From positions 206,924 through 270,923 of the forward strand of contig NW_003314380.1 in the NCBI RefSeq assembly GCF_000143415.4: DNA of 64,000 bases, given 5' to 3'. This DNA comes from Selaginella moellendorffii. Lineage: Eukaryota; Plantae; Lycopodiophyta. This document shows, in pieces, positions 21,577 to 33,399 of this stretch (position 1 is the first letter of the stretch; every line of letters begins with the position of its first letter). Both the position numbers and the translations under genes were made by a program. The notes beneath the pieces are model-generated. The model had not been told where the DNA came from, ran no database searches, and saw nothing but the letters and a program-made list of their open reading frames with translations.

Positions 21577-23118
21577 TTAAGCACCGGGCGGCAGCCTGGG
21601 AACCAGCACAGCCAAGTTGATGTCCTCGTTCTCGTATTTTTGGATGAACGGATGCTTCTACAAACCACCAGAATAAAATGTTAGATCTCGAGAAGAGCGA
21701 TTAGAAAATTTTCACCAGCAACTCGGCAGCGGTCATTCGATCCTTCGGTTCCTTCTGGATGCTGCGAAAATTCATCGAAGAGAATCTAAGCTCCAAAACA
21801 TCCAACTGGAAAAAAATAATGGAGGTTTTTCAAGACATACCACGCAGATATGAGCGAGCAAAACTCGGCCGAGAACATCTCTGGCGACGCAACGGGTGCT
21901 GGTTGCTCCACAATCGTCTCGAGCAGCTCGTAGAAGTTCAAGTATCCATTCTCCTGGCCCGGAGGCAAGTATGGGAACCGTCCAGTCGCGCATTCGAGCA
22001 GCGTCAAGCCCAAGCTCCAGATATCGCTCTCGAAGCCATAAGCGCCCCCACTGATCCTCTCAGGCTGCTCGAAGATTCAAGCGATGAGTTTCTGTCTCTC
22101 GAGAAACAAAGAAAGAAAACTTGAAACTTACCGACATGTAGGTGTATGTTCCAACGAAAGTGTCTCGTTGTCCCATGGAGTTTGCCAAGACGGCACTTAC
22201 ACCGAAGTCTGTGATCTTCACCTCGCCTTTGTGATTCACGAGAAGGTTTGATGGCTTGATATCCCTGTGGATGATACGACGGTCAAGGTGCAAATACACC
22301 AGACCCTTGAGCACCTGAAACAAAAAAAGAGAAAAGTTTGAAGCTCGGAGATCAAAGTGTTTCGAGTTACCTGCTTGCAAATGGCTGCCAAATACGGCTC
22401 GGGAAGAGCATTCACTTCTTTGATCACATCCAGAAGCGAGCCTCCGTCCATGTACTCGAAAACAATGGAAATGACTCCGTTGTTGTAGAAGGCCTCGTAG
22501 CAAACTACAACGTAGGGGCATTGCGAGGACTGGTTGATCTTAATCTCCTGAACGATTTGTTTTCGCATAGTCTCTTGGATGTTCATTTGGATCGCCTGAA
22601 ACTTCAAAAACTATGAGCAAAGAACTCCTAAAAGGACTCGCGAGTACCTTTAGTGCGAAGACTTGTCCAGTCCATTTGTGACGAACAAGCTGCACAACTC
22701 CACTGCTGCCTTTTCCAATCACCTTGACAGCTTCCAAGTCTGTGAGAGCAATTTGGCCATCCACAGGCTGTGGTTACAGCAGAAAAACCGAAAGGAAAAA
22801 AATAAAAAGAAGAGGAGGGTTCATTGCAAGCTTTAGCTCGATTTTTCTCTTTTGTTTCAAGTGTGGCTTACGCTGGTCGTGGGCTCCTGAGTGACAACTC
22901 GCAAACCATCCCGGTTGAGGAGAATGTCCCCATCTTGAAATGTGCCACTCGCGGTTCTAGCGCAGCAAATCCAAGACTTAGAGAAACCCGAAGAACTCGA
23001 CGAATCTCTCTCGATCTAGCCTCTCTCCAGGAAGAACTTACAGGAAATCCGAGATGTTTGTGTCCTGCCTGGGAACGGCAACCCTGAGAGCCCTCCTGTT
23101 ACTGGCGAATCCGCGCAT
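21577..23118 (-). CDS. MKK6: MAP kinase kinase, group A (MKK6/NQK1-like), multi-exon
   Basis: [54 protein letters not shown] and [26 protein letters not shown], with an N-terminal basic docking site (RRALRVAVP). Confidence 0.92.
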
Positions 23119-23623
23119 GCTCGCTCCTCCTCCGCCCTCCCCAGCTAGGGCGTCACTCGTGAGAAATTTTCAAAAGAATTTTCCAGCTCAGCACGTCAAT
23201 CCTGTCCGTCATTTAAGTCGAGCTGAACTGGAAAGCTGCGTGGGATGCTGACGTGGCCCTAAACGGATGTCCAGCTCAGCACGTCAGCGTTTTGCACGTT
23301 TCTTCCCGTCGGGCCCGTCAACTTGTCGCAAAAACAATTGTCTGAGGCTAGACCGGGAGAGATGCATGTACTGTCGTGGCCTGTGCCTCCACACCAAATT
23401 AGGGCTCCTCGAGCTCGTCTAGGGTTCTTCTTGGCGCTCCGCGGCTCGGAGAGCGGCGACATCGGTGTCAAGCGCCTCATCCAGCGCCCGCATTCTCAAT
23501 AGCCGGTGAGTAGCTATCCGACGCGAATCTGCCGCTAGAACAGCGCCTTCCAGACGAGAAATCCAATCCGGAAGGGGTATGCAACGATGCGGCTCCGCTT
23601 GAGCAGCGGCATCGATTCTCAGT

Positions 23624-26600
23624 ATGCTGGGATCCTTCCGCAGATTTGAAGCCGGCAATGATGGCAGTGGGCGCTTTGGCGTCGGGATTCTTGGCAAGGC
23701 AGAGATTAGCGACGACGTAGTCGAACGAGCTCCCCTTCTAGGTGCTGTTGAGAGCGGGCGAGTCAGTGTAGAAGATCATGCCTCCTGGACTAGGAGATTC
23801 CAAGAAATCGCCATCTCCATTGGAGCTACCAATAGATCATCAGCTGATAGAGGAGGAACTTTGATCAGTGATTCAAGCCAGCAGCATGATGGGGGAAGGA
23901 TACTTCCACTTCTTCGACAGTCGAGTGGAGGGAGCTTCACAGAGAGTCTTCGCTCGACTGACTTTCCACCACTCACGCTATCTCCGCCCCGGACACTCGA
24001 CTCAAACGACTGTATATCACTGGAGAAAGCCGGAGAACCGTGTGGAAGCTGGATGCAGCAGGCAGAAACGGGCTATAACTTACAAATGGCGCTAGTGCTT
24101 CGGATGATGGCTGATGTAGAGGAGATTCCATTGTCAACTCCAGTTCGTGTGGCTCCTCCAAATCCCGCCGTCTTCACGAGCCATAGATTCTGGGTAAGCT
24201 TCTCGCGAACTTTAAGTGATGTGGTTCTTATAGTCCTTCGCTTGACTCAGGTACACGGAAGTCTGGGATATAGCGATAGGATCGACGATGGTTTCTACTA
24301 TGTGCATGGAATAGATCCATACGTGTGGGCGATGTGCACTGATGTGGATGACAAAGGGCGGATGCCAACTCTGGACGCTCTTCGTGCAGTCGACATTTCT
24401 CAGGTTTCGTTGGAAGCTGTTTACATCGATAGAAGCTGCGACTCTTCTCTGTGCGAACATGAGAAGACCGCTGTCGCAATTGGCTATGAATGCAGCAATG
24501 CTTCTGAGCTGCCGGAACGCCTTGGGAAGTTTGTGAGTAACGTCATGGGGTAAGGATTATTTTTCAAACATTCAGCGCAACGAAAGTGATTGTTTTTGCA
24601 GTGGCAAGGCATCAAATGGCGAAGGAGAACTTATCTCTCACTGGATAACGAGGAGTAGAAAGCTTAAGGATGCCTTGCATAGTGCCGTCATTCCCATTGG
24701 CACTGTCCGGATTGGACTTTGCTGGCACCGTGCCCTTCTCTACAAGGTTATTGCTCTAGAAGTTCTTTTTTTTTCATCAGGAAATCTTTGCTCCTTCAGT
24801 TTTTGGCAGATAGCATAGGCCTACCTTGTCGAATTGCTCGTGGCTGTAAGTACTGCGGTCTGGACAAAGGAGCGTCTTGTCTGGTGCTTTGTGGCACAGA
24901 AAGGTTAAGAAGTCTTGCGATTCACATATTTTTGACGTTGCGTGTACATACAGGGAGTATTTTGTCGACTTGATTGGTTCTCCTGGAGAGCTACATGAAT
25001 GGTCTTCGTTTCTCAATTCTTACTCGATACCAGTGACGTCACCTTTACGGCTTCCCGATTTTAGATCCTCGACTCTAACTGACGATGATCGACCTTGGAA
25101 TATGGCTTCAGAGTTCGAAGCATCTCAGAAATCTGATAATCGAGGTAATACGCAAAATGAAAAACGTTATTCTCAGGCATGTTATAACAGATGGGAAAGT
25201 GGCATGTTCAGCGGACCAGTCTCATCTGTATAATAGCAGTTCCACCGGAAGTAGCAACAGAACTAGTAACGGCGATTTGCATTTCCTGGATCGTAATCAG
25301 CATGGTACCTTGCCTTCGCAACACGCTGAATCCTTTAGCCGAACTGACACTTTCAGCGAATGGGAGATACCCTGGGAAGAACTTGTTTTGAAAGAACGAC
25401 TAGGCGGAGGTAACCATTTACATTATGTTGATGGAACTGACATGCTCCTTTTCCTTCAGGGTCCTTTGGCACTGTGCACTTGGCAGATTGGCAAGGAACG
25501 GTACAAATTTTTCTATCCCATTGCATTGTTAGCTGAACTATGGTTGTTATAGGACGTCGCTGTTAAGATCCTGCTAGATCAAGATGCAACGCAAGAATTG
25601 CTGTCAGAGCTGACTAGGGAGGTGAGTATTTTTTATCTCTTTGGGACACCCTTCCAGTAACCAAACTTTACAGATTGTCATTTTACGAAGGCTACGGCAT
25701 CCGAATATTGTTCTTTTTATGGGTGCCGTGACGAAACCTCCACATCTTTCGATTGTCACTGAGTATCTCCCCAGGTGGGTGGTGCAACTGGAATTATCTG
25801 GTCCTTATAATGTCACGAAACAGGGGCACGTTATTTCGACTACTGCATACTCCGAAGGCAAGAGAAATCTTGGACGAAAAGAGGCGGCTGCGCATGGCAC
25901 TTGATGTGGTATGGCAAAAATAATGATTGTCGTGTATCAATCCATGTTCTGTTCAGGCCAGAGGTGTAAATTATCTTCACAGAAGCAAGCCTGCGATTGT
26001 CCATCGTGATTTGAAGTCACCCAACCTTCTTGTGGACAAATATCTAACAGTGAAGGTTAGTGATGGCTCAAGTATCGCGAGAGTATTGACGTTTCGGTAT
26101 GGAACTCCAGGTGTGCGATTTTGGTCTTTCAAGATTCAAGTCTAAAACGTTTCTGTCATCTCAGACTGGCGCTGGCACGGTAAAAGCTTGTGTTCGCTGG
26201 CGCCACTGATATGTTTCTCCTTTTTTGTGGAATCACCAGCCAGAATGGATGGCCCCGGAAGTGCTTCGTGACGAGCCTTCCAAGGAGAAGTCCGACGTGT
26301 ACAGCTTTGGTGTTGTTCTATGGGAGCTTGTAACTCTACAAAAGCCTTGGACAGGACTCACTGCTATGCAGGTATGTGTTGTAGATCAAACAAAATTGTC
26401 TCTTGTCTTTCTTTGATCAAGACGAGCTATCTCTTTTCAGGTAGTAGCGGCCGTAGCGTTTAATGGCCGGAGGCTACAAATCCCCAGTAATGTGAACCCC
26501 AAGATGCGAGCTCTGATCGAGTCTTGCTGGGCAAAGTAAGCTGTTCTCTCGAAATTTTCTTCTCTTCATTACTTTTTTTGTTCCAGCGATCCAGAACTAC

Positions 26601-26671
26601 GACCTTCGTTTGCCAGCATCATCGATGCACTCAAGAAATTCCAAGAGCCACTCTTCCTGGAAGAGAGTTAA
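23624..26671 (+). CDS. Raf-like MAPKKK, B3 group (CTR1/EDR1-like) with EDR1 domain, multi-exon
   Basis: [33 protein letters not shown] and [11 protein letters not shown] (CN box). Kinase motifs [36 protein letters not shown] and [14 protein letters not shown]. Confidence 0.93.
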
Positions 26672-26678
26672 ATACAGG

Positions 26679-26680
<2 letters not shown>

Positions 26681-26714
<34 letters not shown>

Positions 26715-26722
26715 ACTCTCTC
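26681..26722. repeat. (CT)n microsatellite
   Basis: ctctctctct... run directly after the Raf kinase stop codon. Confidence 0.95.
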
Positions 26723-26816
26723 TTTTGTAAAGAAATGAAGCGCGAAATCTAGCGGCTTCGATTTTGCCACATTTATTCTCCTTGATCGCATTTTAGGGCA
26801 AGTGGAGTCGGGGGCG

Positions 26817-27890
26817 ATGGGCGATGGATGGTATGGCGGCACGCCGCCATGGCCGCAGCAGCAGCCGCCACCCTCGATGTTGGGTCCCCGGATGACCCCG
26901 GCATCGATCGCGCCGGTGCCCAAATCCTGCGCCATCGAGCGAATCCCTCTTCCCCACGCATTCCAGCGCCCCAGGAAGCGCATCACGTCTCCGGCGGACC
27001 TGGAGAAGCTCCACGCCTCGCCGGCGGGGCGCGAGTTCCTAGGGTTCGTGGTGGCGCTCAGCGAGGCGATCATCGGCCACAAGCTCTCGGATCCGTGCGT
27101 GGAATCCGCCGCGACGGCGGCGCTGGTGGAGATTTTGGGCACGATGAGCCGCTGGGTGGACGACATCCCGCCCGCGACCCAGGCGGCGAGGTATGGCAAT
27201 CCGGCATACAGGGAGTGGCACGCGCGGCTCGAGCAGGAAGGCCCGGGCTTGATCGCATCGCTGATTCCTCCGGAATTGCTAGAACAGGGGAGAGGAGGGG
27301 GCTCCAGCAGCGGGATCGCTCCAGTGATCCAGGAGCTCTTCCCGTATCTGGAGGATAGCTTCGGGAACGCGACGAGGATCGACTATGGCACCGGGCACGA
27401 GGCGAATTTCGCGGCCTTCCTGCTGTGCCTGGCGAAGATCGGAGTGTTCTCGCGCGAGGACTACCAGGCGCTCGTCTCGCGCGTGTTCGTGCGCTACCTG
27501 GATCTCATGAGGAAGCTCCAGACCACGTACTGGATGGAGCCGGCGGGATCGCACGGGGTGTGGGGGCTGGACGATTACCACTTCTTGCCGTTCATCTTTG
27601 GCGCCGCGCAGCTCGTCAATCACAAGCACATGAGGCCCAAGTCGATCCACAACCAGGACATCCTGGACAACTTCTCGGGCGAGTTCTTGTACCTGGGCTG
27701 CGTGAGGTTTGTCAAGCAGGTGAAGAAGGGCCCCCTGGCGGAGCACTCGCCCATGATCGATGATATCAGCGGGGTGGCGAGCTGGGCCAAGGTTCACAGT
27801 GGGATGCTCAAGATGTACAGGGCGGAGGTGCTGGACAAGGTTCCCATTATGCAACACTTCCTGTTTGGATCGCTTATTGCTTTCGACTAA
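26817..27890 (+). CDS. PTPA: Phosphotyrosyl phosphatase activator (PP2A activator), intronless
   Basis: RYGNPAYR.W, SFGNATRIDYGTGHE, EPAGSHGVWGLDDYHFLPFIFG and EVLDKVPIMQHFLFGS. Confidence 0.96.
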   Translation: MGDGWYGGTPPWPQQQPPPSMLGPRMTPASIAPVPKSCAIERIPLPHAFQRPRKRITSPADLEKLHASPAGREFLGFVVALSEAIIGHKLSDPCVESAATAALVEILGTMSRWVDDIPPATQAARYGNPAYREWHARLEQEGPGLIASLIPPELLEQGRGGGSSSGIAPVIQELFPYLEDSFGNATRIDYGTGHEANFAAFLLCLAKIGVFSREDYQALVSRVFVRYLDLMRKLQTTYWMEPAGSHGVWGLDDYHFLPFIFGAAQLVNHKHMRPKSIHNQDILDNFSGEFLYLGCVRFVKQVKKGPLAEHSPMIDDISGVASWAKVHSGMLKMYRAEVLDKVPIMQHFLFGSLIAFD

Positions 27891-28578
27891 AATTAAAATG
27901 TGTTTAAATCCTTAAAAAGACCAGGAAAAAGATTAATAAACAATATCTAACCGAACCTAACAACAAAAAGAATATTTCTAAATATTCTTGAAACCCTTTG
28001 TCACTTGGTCTGCTTCTACCAGTCAGATGTGTTTCTCTTCTGTTACTTGGAGATTGTAGCATCATGGCATGGGATTTGGTAACATGGACAATTGTTATAG
28101 AGGATATCACAGATATCCTCCACCTTATCAAATGCTATTTTATAGTTAGCAAATATAGTAGAGGGGAATTTTCAAAGTAAAAATAGACCTGTCCAATGAG
28201 TGACTCAGCAGAGTGTATTTAATGACGTGTTTGACCGCGTGGCTTTTCCAAACTTGCCAAGTGGCCTGTCCTCTGCCGCCCGATTCTGAGGGATCCAGTA
28301 ACTCGGTCTGCGTCGCAAGTTTCGCCGAAGCACGCCAGTTTTTGTCATGTTGGAAGGGAGAGAGGCAGCTCTACCAAATCAGGATCGTAGCAATCCGCCT
28401 TCCTGCGTAGTAGTAGCGGCGCCGCCGCCGGCCAATGGCTCTTAGATTCGCCGCTTGGAAGTCTAGCAGCTTTTGGATAGATGAGCATGAGCCGTCGCAA
28501 TGGCGCGGGGGTGTAGGGAATCCGCAATTGGGCTTTTGGGCCGGGATGGATAGAGTTTGAGGAAGATTAAGCTAGGCC

Positions 28579-31270
28579 ATGGAAGATGGAGGAGGAGGAG
28601 GGGGAGGATTAAAAGTCGCTGTGGGGATCAAGAGCAGCAAGCGCAGCATTGGAGCTCTGAGATGGGCTTTCGACAACGCCGTGAGTGCCGGAGATGAGAT
28701 ATATCTTGTGCACGTCCAGCATCCAATCCGATATGTTCCAACTCCAGGCAAGTTTGGATGCACAGTGCCACTTTTTTTTTGCCCCCGAGTTTTATGGAGA
28801 AGTGTGTTGTCTTGTTTGTAGTGGGCAATCTCGCTGTTGCGCAGCTATCGCCGGAGAAAGTAGCTCAATACGCCAAGACAGTGCAGGACAAGATTAATGC
28901 ATTTGTGGAGGTTTTCAAGAGCTTGTGCGACGCTCATCAGGTTTTTTTTTCTTTTTGTTCTTCCCAAATTCGTTTGCATGCAAGCTTGGATTTTTACGTT
29001 CTTGTTCCAGATCAAACCAAACTACGTCCAAGTCGAGAATGATTCCGTCCAAAAGGGCCTTTTGAAGTTCATCCATACACTGGAAATCCAAAAGCTTGTT
29101 CTAGGAAGCGCTGGACGCACTGGCCTCACACGGTAAAAAAAATGTAGAACAAACCTTCGCAAAACTTACAGGATTCGTGTTCTTCTTCTCCTCCTCCAGG
29201 AAGCTCTCTGGCCCAGGAACCGGAGAATACGTCGCCGCTCGAGCGCCAAGCTTTTGCTCCGTCTGCGTGATCGCCAAGGACAAGCTCGTCCCGATCAAAG
29301 CTCTGGACGATTCCCGGTCGATCTCGTCCGCCTCTTCGCGAACCTCCGACTCGGAGCGATCGTCGAGCTCGTCCTCCCAAGGTAGCCTTTTGCCTTCGTT
29401 CTTGCGGAAGCGTAGAGCGAGAAACGTGTCTTTGGATCTAGCAGACTTGGACTCTCATCCGCCTGCCCGTTTGCATGGTTTGCCAGAAGGCCTTGGACAG
29501 ATGTGGAACGTCGGCTTCCTCTCGCGCTTTCTCTCCTCCGGATCCCCCGCCACCCAGCAGCAAGCTGTTCTAGCGTCCAGCCCTCCTCCGGAGAATGCTC
29601 CGCTCGACGAGATAAGTGGCGCCCGGGTCTTTTCTTCCCCGTTTCGTGATCGAACAGGCGCGTCCTCGGAAGAGATTGAGATTGTGGAGCTCGGTGACGG
29701 TGCTGCTAGTGGAACGATGGCGCTGATCAGCCACAAGTTGGGAGGAAGCAGCAAGTCTGGGAGTAGGAGTTCTTCCAGTTCGGTTGTGAATGGGGGAGCT
29801 TTGACAAAGCTTGGCAGGTCCGAGAGCTCGTGCAGTTCTGGTATCGAATCATCTGGAACGGAAGATTACAGGTCATTACATGAAAAAGCTACAGTTACCT
29901 CGAAGGCCGATGTCGAAGAAAAAGAAACGATGTCCAGGGGCATGGCGAAGCTCGACGTTGATAGCTCCAGCACTGCCGACCGAGAGGATGACTCCTGTGA
30001 AGGACCTTCCAGGCCACCTCCGCAAACACGGAGGAAATCCCTCCAAGAACTGTCGCTGCTGTCTCAAAGGACGTTCAAGGAGTACGAGTACGCCGAACTC
30101 GAGGCAGCCACCAAGAACTTTTCTTTGGATCTCAAACTGGGAGAAGGCGGCTACGGCCTCGTCTTCAAAGGAAAGCTCCACGGCAGAGACGTAGCCATCA
30201 AAGTGTTGAAGAAGGAAGGCTTCCAAAGGACGCAGGAATTCCAGCACGAGGTGGAGCTGCTGGGGAGGATTCAACATCCACACATGGTGGTTCTGCTCGG
30301 TTGCTGCTCCCACAGAGGCTGTCTCGTCTACGAGTTCATGGCAAACGGGAGTCTGGATGACAGGCTCTTCTGTAAGAACGGAACTCCCCCACTGCCGTGG
30401 TATGCGAGGTTTCGAATAGCAGCCGAGGTAGCATCAGCGTTGTACTTCCTTCACAACCTCGGACCAGAGCCAGTAGTTCACAGGGACCTGAAGCCAGCAA
30501 ACATTCTTCTCGACCATAACAACGTGAGCAAAGTTGGCGACGTCGGTCTCGCAAAGCTGGTTCCAGAAAGACTGGCCGCAATCAACAGTACGTACTTCAG
30601 GGACACCACACCTGTCGGAACCTTCGCTTATATCGACCCGGAGTACCAGAGAACCGGGCTGTTCGGTCCAAAGTCGGATGTCTACGCGCTTGGAATTGTT
30701 ATCCTCCAGCTGCTAACGGGAAGAGGACCTGTTGGAGTTCATGCCATCGTTGAAGAAGCTATAGAGTGTGGGAACTTTAGCAGTGTCCTGGACTCGAGTG
30801 CTGGTGATTGGCCGGTTGGAAAAGCCGAAGAAGTTGCCTGCTTGGCTCTGCAGTGTGCTGAGATGAGGAGGCGGCAAAGACCGATGCTCGAGACTGTTCT
30901 TCCGATGCTGGATGGTGCCAGGAACTATGCCGAGAATTGTGCTGCGATACATGCCACCAACAGAGCTCTCGCCGGGGATCCGAAAGCTGTGCCACCGTCC
31001 ATCTTCCTGTGTCCCATTTTTCGGGTAAAGCTTGCTTTCTTTCCCGGATCGTCTGCTGATATTTCCGTTTTGTATTCTTGGCAGGAAGTAATGCAGGAGC
31101 CTGTGGTGGCTGCTGATGGATACACATACGAGTACGAAGCGATTAGGCAGTGGTTTCAAGCTCACGATACATCACCTTTGACAAATCTGAGGCTGGAGCA
31201 CAAGCAACTCACGCCCCACCATGCTTTGAATAAGCTGATTACTGAGTGGAAGACGAGGGCCAAGGTCTAG
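28579..31270 (+). CDS. USP-domain / Ser-Thr kinase / U-box protein (PUB33/PUB35-like RLCK-IXb), multi-exon
   Basis: N-terminal VAVGIKSSKRSIGALRWA (USP), kinase LGEGGYG/VAIK/HRDLKPAN/GDVGLAK, and U-box PSIFLCPIF-EVMQEPVVAADGYTYE. Confidence 0.93.
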
Positions 31271-31324
31271 AGCCGTGACGTTCTTTCCTAAGGACGATCC
31301 CGTTTTGTGAAGGTATGTACAAAT

Positions 31325-32252
31325 TCATGCGTAGTCTCCTAGTCGAGCACCGGCTACCATCCAGCAGTCTTTATAAGGACCATTGACGACCTGCGATGGT
31401 TATATTCATTTGTTAAGAAATGAGACATCAATCCAAAGAGCATTACTCGTTGCAGAGAAAACGTGAATGCCGCCGTCCTTGTCTCTCCGGTTGTTGTCTT
31501 GAATCTCACTTCAATCGCTTGAACAGCTCTCCTCTCACCTCGAAACACCATAGGAGAAAGCACCTGACATGCAAGTTCCACAGAAATAAACGACATAATA
31601 AAAGGATTTTACCTTCCAGTCGAGGCAATTCACCATTGGGACATAGCTGGTGTACTTGAAAGACTCTATAAACTCTTGACAAGTCAGCACCCTTGCTGAG
31701 GCATCCCAAGCTCTAGCTCTTGGCTGGAAAGAATTTTGAGAACTTGTCATAGACAGCACGAACTCTACCTTGTCATCCGGAATTTCGTCGTATTGATAAG
31801 GCAATGGCCTCATCGCGAAATCGAAAGCCGTCTTGATCCCACTGTCCTCCTCAGGCCAGTCATTCCGCATCAACGCATCCATCTAGAACCTCCCATTCAT
31901 CGCAAATTTCGTGAGCAGAGAAAGGCGGCAGCACCTGAGCTTTCACCACCGTACTTGGCGGCATCAGCGGCGTCGGCTTGCGATTCTCCAGCGGCCACGA
32001 ATGGCCCGACGTGTTCACGAAGCGCATGAAATCGGACGCCAGATTGTCCTTCCCTGCTGTGCGCGCCATCGAAAATGCGCTGAGAAAGGAAATACCAGTC
32101 CGATCGATCTTACCAGGCATTGCGAGCGCCAGACCGACGGGATTTCGACGAGTTCCTCCCGAAATATCCACCCGGCGCCAGAGAACCGATGGAGCTCGTG
32201 GAAATCCCGCGGAGAGAGACGCGAGCGCGCCATCGCCAAGAGCTCTCCCCAT
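31325..32252 (-). CDS. Conserved green-lineage protein, DUF4864-like, probable plastid transit peptide, 5 exons
   Basis: Spliced product reads PSTVVKAQ-MDALMRNDWPEEDSGIKTAFDFA...AVQAIEV...FTFSLQR-VVNGPYKDCWMVAGARLGDYA*. Family assigned from memory of the AQ.DAL..ND and CW motifs. Confidence 0.65.
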
Positions 32253-32358
32253 ATCCACAAGAGATGGGACAAATAGGGTTTATGGTATGAGTTCCTATAG
32301 TTGGAAAGTATCGTTAGAGCCCTAAAAACAGAGGGTTTACTATACTCGGAAAGTGCCG

Positions 32359-33171
32359 TTATGACATGTTTACGAAAACAGGTTCCACGTAAGTGACAAA
32401 GCATATGGCCGCTAGGGCAGTCCCAAAGCCTTGTTCTACCTCGCTCTCTTGGATCATGAAATCCTCTTCGAAAACTTCGTAGTCCTCTTGATCGAATCGC
32501 CGCTTGAAAATGCCCTCCAGATCCTTCTGGAGGATTCTCCTGGCCTCCGATTCTCTGGCGTGGCCACTGTATTCCGCCGCATAGCCACCGATCACTGCGT
32601 TGTCTCGCTTTCTTCGAATCTGTGGATCCAAAGCTTTCAATGGGATCGAAGTTCCTGGAGAAAGCAGAGTGATTTCTTGCCTGAATGCGGGCAACTCCAG
32701 CCGTGATTCTGTCTCCCTTGACACCATTCATACTCGCCATGATCGCTTCCATCACCGCTCCATGCCGGAAGAATGGCTTTGCTTCATGGAACTCGATCTT
32801 GGAGGATTCCGGAGGGATCACTGACGAGTACTGCGTGATGTTAAAATCCATGATCCCTGGAAGAACGCGTGTCAGCAACAATCCAATCGAAAGAGGGAAA
32901 GCATACCAGCCGATTCCAACGCTAGATCATACGATCCAGTCTCCCAGGGATCGGCACCATCGCCAGCATCCGTCTGGCCAAAGCCCTTCACCATGAAGTA
33001 ATGCTTGGGAATCCGCGAGCCAAACAAAACCCCGTGCCCGCCGGCGACCAGCTCCATGAAATTCAGCTTCATCGCCTCCTCCCTCGAATGCGCGTGCCGC
33101 AATCCCAAGTTCTTGGGCAGCGGCTGGACATTATGCTTGGAATCCATCGATTCCAGCCCCTGCTGCGCCAT
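32359..33171 (-). CDS. Pyruvoyl-dependent arginine decarboxylase proenzyme (PdaD/AaxB family), 3 exons
   Basis: RIPKHYFMVKGFG...SYDLALESAG-IMDFNITQYSSVIPP (self-cleavage S-S site)...HGAVMEAIMA...ITAGV...GGYAAEY...FGTALAAICF. Introns at 32857-32906 (GT-AG) and 32620-32680 (GC-AG). Confidence 0.88.
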
Positions 33172-33399
33172 TTCCCTGCAAAAATTCACACACAAATCTA
33201 AAGAGGCTAGATCCTCGCGGAAAAATCGACAAGAGAGCAAGCAAATCGATCGACCAAACCTTGTGGAAGAATCGACAAGAAAAGCAAAACGATCGATCCC
33301 AAAACCTCAAAACGTTCCTCGTTAAATAATCTTCTCTCTTTCTCTCTCCAACAAGTGTCCATTGGACAACAGGAGCCACGTGTCAAACAATGCGCTGAG

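Noticed and set aside
26597-27857. Long overlapping and antisense ORFs over PTPA, and similarly over the PPR, XEGIP, lectin and COI1 genes
   Set aside because: Shadow ORFs caused by high GC and codon bias of the real genes.
32359-33171. Prokaryotic contamination as the source of the ArgDC
   Set aside because: The gene has spliceosomal introns of host-typical length and is contiguous with plant genes on both sides.
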